Source of the DNA: a virus
Taxonomy: Duplodnaviria; Caudoviricetes
IMG/VR virus record: IMGVR_UViG_3300009095_001142
Span: 1-29,380 of that record
Length of the DNA stretch: 29,380 nucleotides
Reading direction: 5' to 3' (one strand)
The notes under the pieces: model-generated
Seen by the model: the letters and a program-made list of their open reading frames with translations, nothing else
The model's database searches: none
What the model was told of the DNA's origin: nothing
Made by a program: the position numbers and the translations under genes
In this document: piece after piece, positions 23,861 through 29,380 of the stretch
Layout of the letters: each line of letters begins with the position of its first letter
How positions within the stretch are numbered: the stretch's first letter is position 1

Positions 23861-24775
23861 TCACGGGGTCGGGGTGTCGACGTACTCGACGAACGCGTCC
23901 ACATCACCGACGACGAAGCCGTACTCGGCCTCAGCCAGCAGAGCGACGAGGTTGTTCTCCCACAACGAGGTGAGCGTCCCGTCGATCGTGACCGTGACCT
24001 CTCGCGACACGCTGTAGGTGATGTTCGAACCGATGCCGTAGGCGGCCTTCGACCAGTCGCCGCCCAGAATCCGCAAGTTCGCGCCCGCGCCGGAGTCGGC
24101 CGCAACGCCTTCGGAGATCCCGGCCGGGCGGCCGATGAGCCGGTTCCCGACCGTCGCCTCTGCCGGGGCGTCGACCCAGATCGGGCGCCCCTGAAGGTCG
24201 ACGCTGGACAGGAGAACGGGCTCGGCCTTCGGGTCGACGGCGAAGCCGGTCAGCCGCTTGTCGTCGTCGACGAGCAGCTTCAGACCGGCGACCAGGTCGC
24301 CGTACGTGCCGCCGTTGGCCTGCGTGGTCGTGCCGAGCTCCACGCTCTTGGTGGTCTGCGTCAGGTACGACGGGAACGGACCGGCCGAACCGTCGTGCGA
24401 GACACCGTGGATCGCCGCCAGGTCGAACGCGGTCGCGAACGCTTCCTGGATCTGCGGGCGGATGTTCGCGTACAGCTTCGTCGGGTCCGAACGGACGTAC
24501 TCCATCGAGAAGACCACGATCGCGGCGAGCTTCTTCCGGTCCATGTTCACGAAGTTCTGACCGGCGTTGGTGGTCGGCTTGCGCTGGCCTTCGGTGACCC
24601 AACCGGCCTTGGGCTTCTCGCTCGTGATCGGGATCATCGTGCCCGACTCCGGCAGGTTTACCCGCCGGGCGAGTCGCTGAACGACGGATTCCCTTGCGAC
24701 GTCTTCGAAAATCGCTTCGCTGATCTGGCGCGGGAACGTCTGCGAGCCCGCCGCCGGGAGCGTGATCGGTGGCAT
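23861..24775 (-). CDS. Major capsid protein (HK97 fold)
   Basis: AGWVTEGQRKP, KKLAAIV, DLQGRP, LGGDWS, SLWENNLVALLAEAEYG. Confidence 0.95.
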   Translation of the reverse strand: MPPITLPAAGSQTFPRQISEAIFEDVARESVVQRLARRVNLPESGTMIPITSEKPKAGWVTEGQRKPTTNAGQNFVNMDRKKLAAIVVFSMEYVRSDPTKLYANIRPQIQEAFATAFDLAAIHGVSHDGSAGPFPSYLTQTTKSVELGTTTQANGGTYGDLVAGLKLLVDDDKRLTGFAVDPKAEPVLLSSVDLQGRPIWVDAPAEATVGNRLIGRPAGISEGVAADSGAGANLRILGGDWSKAAYGIGSNITYSVSREVTVTIDGTLTSLWENNLVALLAEAEYGFVVGDVDAFVEYVDTPTP

Positions 24776-24787
24776 CGTTGATCGTCC

Positions 24788-25327
24788 TTACTTCAGGCTT
24801 TGTGTGATGAGCTGGCCGAAAACGTCCGCAGGATTGGTGCGGGCGGCGCCTCGCGTTCCCTGGCCGAGGTCGCTCGCGAGGCGCGGTTCGGTCTGAGCCG
24901 GGGCCAGCTGGTCGAGCCACGCCGTCACCGCCTCGCGGTCGACGTCGCCGTCCTCGGTGAGAAACTTCGAGCGGTCGACGTTCGCGAGCAAGGCGTCCAC
25001 ATTGAGCGGACGGCCGACCGCGGCCGACCGGATCTCGGCGTCGACCAGGCGACCCGCCATTTCGCGGAGAGCTTCGGCGCGACCGGCGTCCCGAGCTTCG
25101 GCGACGGCGCGTTCCTGGTCGGACATGGCCTCGCGACGAAGCTTCTCCAGCTCTCGCCGGGCTTCGTTGCGCTCCCGCTTCATGCGCTCGATCGCACGCT
25201 TTCCGGCGTCGCCGAGCTGCGCCTCCTCCGGAGTCTTCTGCTGCTGCGCGTCGGGTTCCGTTGCGGACTCCTCGACGGGCTCCGCGGTTTCGGGCTCCGG
25301 AACCTGCGCGGTCTCCTCAGTAGGCAT
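24788..25327 (-). CDS. Capsid scaffolding protein
   Basis: ATG 25327 after GGGAGG; acidic N-terminus, LGDAGKRAI, coiled coil, DLGQGTRG; precedes the capsid gene. Confidence 0.87.
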   Translation of the reverse strand: MPTEETAQVPEPETAEPVEESATEPDAQQQKTPEEAQLGDAGKRAIERMKRERNEARRELEKLRREAMSDQERAVAEARDAGRAEALREMAGRLVDAEIRSAAVGRPLNVDALLANVDRSKFLTEDGDVDREAVTAWLDQLAPAQTEPRLASDLGQGTRGAARTNPADVFGQLITQSLK

Positions 25328-25337
25328 CCTGCGGCCT

Positions 25338-25375
25338 CCCGTTGCGGGTAGAGATGAGATCGCCCGTTGCGGGCG
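25338..25375 (-). repeat. Two CCCGCAACGGG mini-hairpins in the scaffold leader
   Basis: Exact 11-mer at 25338-25348 and 25363-25373; the proximal copy overlaps the RBS. Confidence 0.7.
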
Positions 25376-25411
25376 CGAGCCGTCCACGCGTGGACGGAAG
25401 AACAGGCGGCA

Positions 25412-26224
25412 TTACGCCGCGTCGGCGGCAACCTCGTCCGGGCCGCGAAAGTGCTCGCCCGGTGCGCGCAGAACCGGGCCGAGCTCGCCGTGTTCGCGCA
25501 CCACCACACGGGCGCGCTTGAGCTTTTCCATCGTGGTGCCGCCCGCTTGCCGGTAGAGCTCGGCGAGCTCGTCGGCGTTGAGGCTGCGGCCGGGATCGTT
25601 CGCGCCGACGATCGGCAACGTCTCGCACTTGCACCGGGCGTGCAGGGGCAGCAGGTCACCTCGTGCGTACGTGCGGTCGCTGGCGGCGACGCACAGACCG
25701 CAGGTGCCCCCGGCTGACAACTCCGGCCGGATCACCCGGCGGTAGCCGGTCACGCCCGGCGTGCGCGTGTAGACCTGCCGGGCGGCTTCCCGCGCTGCGA
25801 GCGACAGGTCCTCGTCAACGATCAGCCGCGCCCGGTTCACCGCCCGCGCCCGTGCGGCGTCGTCGTCGAGACCGTCGGCGCGGTGACGGCGGTACTCGGC
25901 GGCGACCCGCTCCAACACCTCCCGGTGCGGCGTCTCACCACGGAGCCGGTTCGGGTCGATCCGCACGCCGACCGGTGCGGCCGGGCGCCCCCGCAGCTCG
26001 CCAATCACGCGGGCGAGGTAGGCGTCCGTGGTCGACGCCGTGCGTGCCTGCGCGGGCTCGACCAGGCGGGCAAGCGCGTCGACCAAGCGCCGCACCTGCG
26101 CGGGCGAGGCGAAGTCCGCCCAGCCCCGAACCAGGTTCGCGACGGCGGCCGTCACCGTGCGGCGAACGCGGTCACGCTGCGCGGCCTGTGCATCGACCAG
26201 GCGCACGACGTTACGACTCGCCAC
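25412..26224 (-). CDS. Minor head / MuF-like (capsid maturation) protein
   Basis: GYRRVIRPE...TCGLC...PLHARCKC...EHGELGP; start uncertain (GTG 26224). Confidence 0.8.
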   Translation of the reverse strand: MASRNVVRLVDAQAAQRDRVRRTVTAAVANLVRGWADFASPAQVRRLVDALARLVEPAQARTASTTDAYLARVIGELRGRPAAPVGVRIDPNRLRGETPHREVLERVAAEYRRHRADGLDDDAARARAVNRARLIVDEDLSLAAREAARQVYTRTPGVTGYRRVIRPELSAGGTCGLCVAASDRTYARGDLLPLHARCKCETLPIVGANDPGRSLNADELAELYRQAGGTTMEKLKRARVVVREHGELGPVLRAPGEHFRGPDEVAADAA

Positions 26225-26393
26225 CGGATGATCCACCGTGTCGCCGAAGCGTGGCGGGCGGCTCAACGGGCGAAACGCCGTGGATCTCCACCTCATCAAG
26301 CAACCGCGCCACCCTCTCCGGGCCGCCAAAACACGCCACGGCGAAGTCCATCGCGAGCCGGGCGTCCATCCTCATGAACTCGTCACTGTCCAT
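26211..26393 (-). CDS. Hypothetical 60-aa protein
   Basis: GGGAG RBS; short overlaps with portal and MuF-like genes. Confidence 0.5.
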   Translation of the reverse strand: MDSDEFMRMDARLAMDFAVACFGGPERVARLLDEVEIHGVSPVEPPATLRRHGGSSGGES

Positions 26394-27783
26394 TGGAATC
26401 TCCCGGAGGAATGTCGATCGTGGGCAGAGTGGCGAGCTCGGCGTCCAGCATCTCGCCGGACCGGTCGGCTTCGTCGCGGGCGATCGACTGCGGCGTCATC
26501 TGCAAGATGTCGCGCTGCAAGGTGCGGCGCGAGACAATGTCCTTGAGCTTCCCGGCAGCGTCGGCGAGTTCGCTCAACGTGTGGCGCTTCGGGTTCGCCC
26601 ACAGCACCTCAAGATCGTTGCGGTTCGCACGGGTGGTGTCGCCGAGCACTTCGAACGCAAGCGACATCACGGCTTCCCACGACTCGCCCGCCTGCAACAG
26701 GCGAGAGCCGACCTTCGCCACGAGCCCGGACTCCGTCACCGTGTACGCGTCGGCGGAGACGTTCACCAGCTCCGCCAGAAGGTACGACGGAGGCGTCCGG
26801 GTGATCGCGCCCATCGCTCGCACGTCGTCGGACACGGCATCGAGCAACGGCTTCAAGTTGACCTCGTCGAACTCGCCGAGCTCCACCCCGGCGGGCAGTG
26901 CCCACAGCGCCCCGGCCGAGGCCGAGAGCATCGACGACAGATCGACCGGATTGCCTTCAGCGTCCTTCGTGGACACGCCCTTAACCCAGCGTTGCCGGAA
27001 GGCTTGCATCGCGGCGACGACGAGCCGGTCCAACACCATGTGGTTGATCCGGTCCTGAATGTCGATGACGTCTTCGAACTCACCGAGCGTGTCGCCGAAC
27101 AGGTTCTCCCGGTTGCCGAACTTCACCACGGGGACACGATCGATCGGCAGCGAGCCGGAAAGCGTCTCGTCGACGTCCCACACCGAGCCGTCGAGCGTGC
27201 CCTCCTCCGTCACACCGGTTGCCTTGCGGCGGCGCCGGAAGTGCCACACCTCGCCGGGCAGGTAGACGACGATCCGGTCTTCGTCCCGGATGTCGTCCGC
27301 CCACGTCTTGAGCGCGGCGTCCACCGTGCGGCGGCGCCCCGGCGCGGCGGCCGTGATCACTTGGCGCGGGTCCTCCGGCGTGATCAGCGGGACGCCGTCG
27401 ACCGGCGGGCCGACGATGACGTACGACTCGCTCATGACGACCGACGCGTCATGCACGAGCCCGGCGTCCGCGTCGAGCGCGTTGGACTGCCAGATCCGCC
27501 ACGCGACCTCGTCGCCGATCTCGTCGCGGTCCGCGCCCGTGCGGAAACCGACCGGGATCATGCGCTCGGTGACCGCGCTCGCCACCAGCCCGACGTAGTT
27601 CGTCCGGGCCTTGCGCTGGAACCGCCGATACGCCTCCGGGCACTTCTCGGCGCCCTCCGGCAGCGGGTGATCACCCCGGTTGTAGGCGTCGAGCTCGGCG
27701 TACCGAGGTTGGCGACTCGCGAGCTCGGCCGCGAGGTTCTTCGCCCACCAACCCGGCGAGTCGGGCGTCTCGGTGTCGATCAC
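26383..27783 (-). CDS. Portal protein (SPP1 gp6-like)
   Basis: GAGGGAGG then GTG 27783; NYVGLV, IWQSNALD, VPVVKFGN, IDIQDRIN, AFRQRW. Confidence 0.94.
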   Translation of the reverse strand: MIDTETPDSPGWWAKNLAAELASRQPRYAELDAYNRGDHPLPEGAEKCPEAYRRFQRKARTNYVGLVASAVTERMIPVGFRTGADRDEIGDEVAWRIWQSNALDADAGLVHDASVVMSESYVIVGPPVDGVPLITPEDPRQVITAAAPGRRRTVDAALKTWADDIRDEDRIVVYLPGEVWHFRRRRKATGVTEEGTLDGSVWDVDETLSGSLPIDRVPVVKFGNRENLFGDTLGEFEDVIDIQDRINHMVLDRLVVAAMQAFRQRWVKGVSTKDAEGNPVDLSSMLSASAGALWALPAGVELGEFDEVNLKPLLDAVSDDVRAMGAITRTPPSYLLAELVNVSADAYTVTESGLVAKVGSRLLQAGESWEAVMSLAFEVLGDTTRANRNDLEVLWANPKRHTLSELADAAGKLKDIVSRRTLQRDILQMTPQSIARDEADRSGEMLDAELATLPTIDIPPGDSNGQ

Positions 27784-28146
27784 GCTCGCGCCTCCCTCGC
27801 GGTCACGGTGAGTGAAATCAGAGCGGTCCGCGGAACGATCTACGTTCCGGCCGGGCAATAGTGTTGAGCTGCGGTAATGGCAACCCGCGGCCAGCTGGCC
27901 GGCTCACCCGGTCGGCTTAGCGACCTGCGCTTACTGGTTGTGACATTCGGGGCAAAAGTGGCTTACGTGTCGCGGTTCGACGACGGCTCGTTAGCCAGCG
28001 CAACACGTGAATACCGACACATGTTTACGAGTAGACAGCCGCTGTGCGCTGTGCGTTTACTGGGAAACAGCGGTGAGCGAATGGCTCCCGATCATCCCGC
28101 CTCGCGCCCGACACGGCGCGGGGTCTTTCCCGAAGGGTTCACCGGC

Positions 28147-28831
28147 ATGAATGCCACCCACCCGCAGGCTGCCCAGCAGCCGTACACGACCCAACCGGCG
28201 CGCAACGGCTTCGGCATTACTGCGCTGGTCTTGGCGCTGGTCGGCGCCGTGTTCGGCATCGTCCCGCTCACCGGCTTTATCGCCTTGATCCTCGGGGGGG
28301 CTGGTCGTCGTGTTCGGTCTGCTCGGCATCGCCCGCACCCGGAAAGGCATCGCCACCAACCGCGTGATGTCGATCATCTCCACAGTGCTCGGCGTGGGCG
28401 TCGCAGCGCTCGGAATCTGGGGCATGTCGATCGTCTTCAGTGCCGTTGACCAGCTCGGTCGCGACCTCGAAGAACTCGGCGGAGACTTCGAGACCGCCGC
28501 ACCCGCCGTCCCCGGCGGCGTGACTGGCACCTCGGACACGAGCGCGCTGCACGATGTGACCGTCAAGAGCTGCACCACGGAGACCAACTACGGCACGACC
28601 AGTGCAAACGCCACGGTCACGATCACCAACAGCACCGACCGGCCCCGGTCGTACTGGGCGACGATCGCCGTCGACGACCCGGCCGGGAAGCGGCTCGGCG
28701 AAATCTTCGCCATCGCGAACGCGCTCCAGCCCGGCCAGACGACCGAACTGTCCGGAATGGAAGCCATGACCATGATCAGTGAACCTGCTGAGCAGGTCAC
28801 GTGCACCGTGGTCGCCGTCGACCGGTTCTAA
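28147..28831 (+). pseudogene. Moron membrane protein (DUF4190-like TM region plus secreted beta domain) frameshifted at a G7 run, 28294-28300
   Basis: ARNGFGITALVLALVGAVFGIVP...LILGG continues in another frame as LVVVFGLLGIARTRKGIATNR...CTVVAVDRF; removing one G gives a 227-aa ORF. Confidence 0.8.
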
Positions 28832-28856
28832 TAGCACCACGCGCACAACCCGCGAT

Positions 28857-28882
28857 GCCCGGTACCGGCGACGGTGCCGGGC
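28857..28882 (+). terminator. GNRA-capped hairpin after the moron gene
   Basis: GCCCGGTACCG-GCGA-CGGTGCCGGGC. Confidence 0.6.
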
Positions 28883-28909
28883 TCGCGGCATATGAGAGGA
28901 CACCTCCCC

Positions 28910-29152
28910 GTGTTCGAGACCGAAGCCGAAGTTTTCGCCTACCTCGACGAGCTCCGCCAGCGGCGAGCCGAGGCCCAACGTGTCGAAGCGGAGATCCTTG
29001 ATCAGATCAAGTCGGCCGTTCGTCAGGCAGGCGCGCTGCGGATCGGGGGCGAACCCATCAACCGATCGAAACTGATCGAACACTCCGGACTGTCCCGGCG
29101 CACGGCGTACAAGATCCTCGACGCGCTTCCCAGCGACCAGCCGGAGCCGTGA
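28910..29152 (+). CDS. Small coiled-coil plus HTH DNA-binding protein (alternative ATG 28892)
   Basis: AGAGGA RBS before GTG 28910; INRSKLIEHSGLSRRTAYKIL HTH. Confidence 0.75.
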   Translation: MFETEAEVFAYLDELRQRRAEAQRVEAEILDQIKSAVRQAGALRIGGEPINRSKLIEHSGLSRRTAYKILDALPSDQPEP

Positions 29153-29157
29153 GCCAC

Positions 29158-29250
29158 CTACGCCGCTCCGGCCAGATGCAACACCAACCACACCACGAGC
29201 ACCAAGACCACGAGAACGACCAGCCACCCGAGAACGGTCTGAGGATTCAC
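29158..29250 (-). CDS. 30-aa single-TM peptide
   Basis: Not in the ORF track: MNPQTVLGWLVVLVVLVLVVWLVLHLAGAA; AGGTGG upstream. Confidence 0.55.
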   Translation of the reverse strand: MNPQTVLGWLVVLVVLVLVVWLVLHLAGAA

Positions 29251-29260
29251 GGTCACCACC

Positions 29261-29380
29261 TAAAGGTTGTCCCGTAATCACGGGTCTGTGGTCGTAGTGG
29301 ATCATGGACGGGTGCAGGTGATCGGGGTTGACCAGCCGGCGTGGATACCGACGTTTACGGGGTTGTCGGTGCGGCAGTTC
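29261..29380 (+). mobile_element. Left end of an IS5-family (IS112/IS493-like) insertion sequence
   Basis: Terminus TAAAGGTTGTCCCGTAA resembles actinomycete IS5-family inverted repeats and is followed by a transposase start. Confidence 0.75.
29312..29380 (+). CDS. Transposase N-terminus (partial)
   Basis: MQVIGVDQPAWIPTFTGLSVRQF, the WIxxFTGLSxRQF motif of HTH_Tnp_4-type transposases. Confidence 0.75.
   Translation, partial: MQVIGVDQPAWIPTFTGLSVRQF

Larger units (their letters stand above)
2549..29260. mobile_element. Siphovirus-type prophage; partial, continues past the right edge
   Basis: Integrase, repressor, xis, lysis, tail, tape measure, capsid and portal genes; no sheath gene. Confidence 0.92.

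Noticed and set aside
25663-27861. 732-aa plus-strand ORF, and similar ORFs at 19094-20416 and 23107-23973
   Set aside because: Shadows of portal, tape measure and neck genes; Arg/His-rich non-protein composition.
23081-27899. CCCGCGG(G/C)CAGCTGGC at 23081-23096 and 27884-27899
   Set aside because: A 15/16 match of a very GC-rich word with only two copies is plausible by chance at this GC content.
1-29380. CRISPR array, reverse transcriptase or DGR template/variable repeats
   Set aside because: By eye I found no regularly spaced repeats, RT motifs or long duplicated segments; a self dot-plot would be the decisive check.

Overview
High-GC actinobacterial window (gene style suggests Pseudonocardiaceae; inference). 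Bases 1-2548 are a host quinate/shikimate utilisation locus: a QuiC-like isomerase/dioxygenase gene cut by the window edge, a shikimate dehydrogenase with an in-frame TAA, a TetR regulator, and the first 29 codons of an MHS-family MFS transporter. The transporter is broken right after its conserved EYYD motif by a siphovirus-type prophage that fills the rest of the window. The prophage carries a tyrosine integrase, repressor and excisionase, an XRE/DUF397 pair, and a plus-strand accessory arm of Cys-rich small proteins around a complete DnaE1-type DNA polymerase III alpha subunit. Converging on that arm from the minus strand is a portal-head-tail-lysis operon. The right end has a frameshifted membrane-protein moron, an HTH gene, a 30-aa membrane peptide and the left end of an IS5-family element. 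Terminase and the second att site are not in the window. The best candidate for an undescribed system is the cassette of a 31-aa CxxCxGxG microprotein, dnaE and a translationally coupled four-Cys protein. Family names are from motif recognition only; no searches were run.
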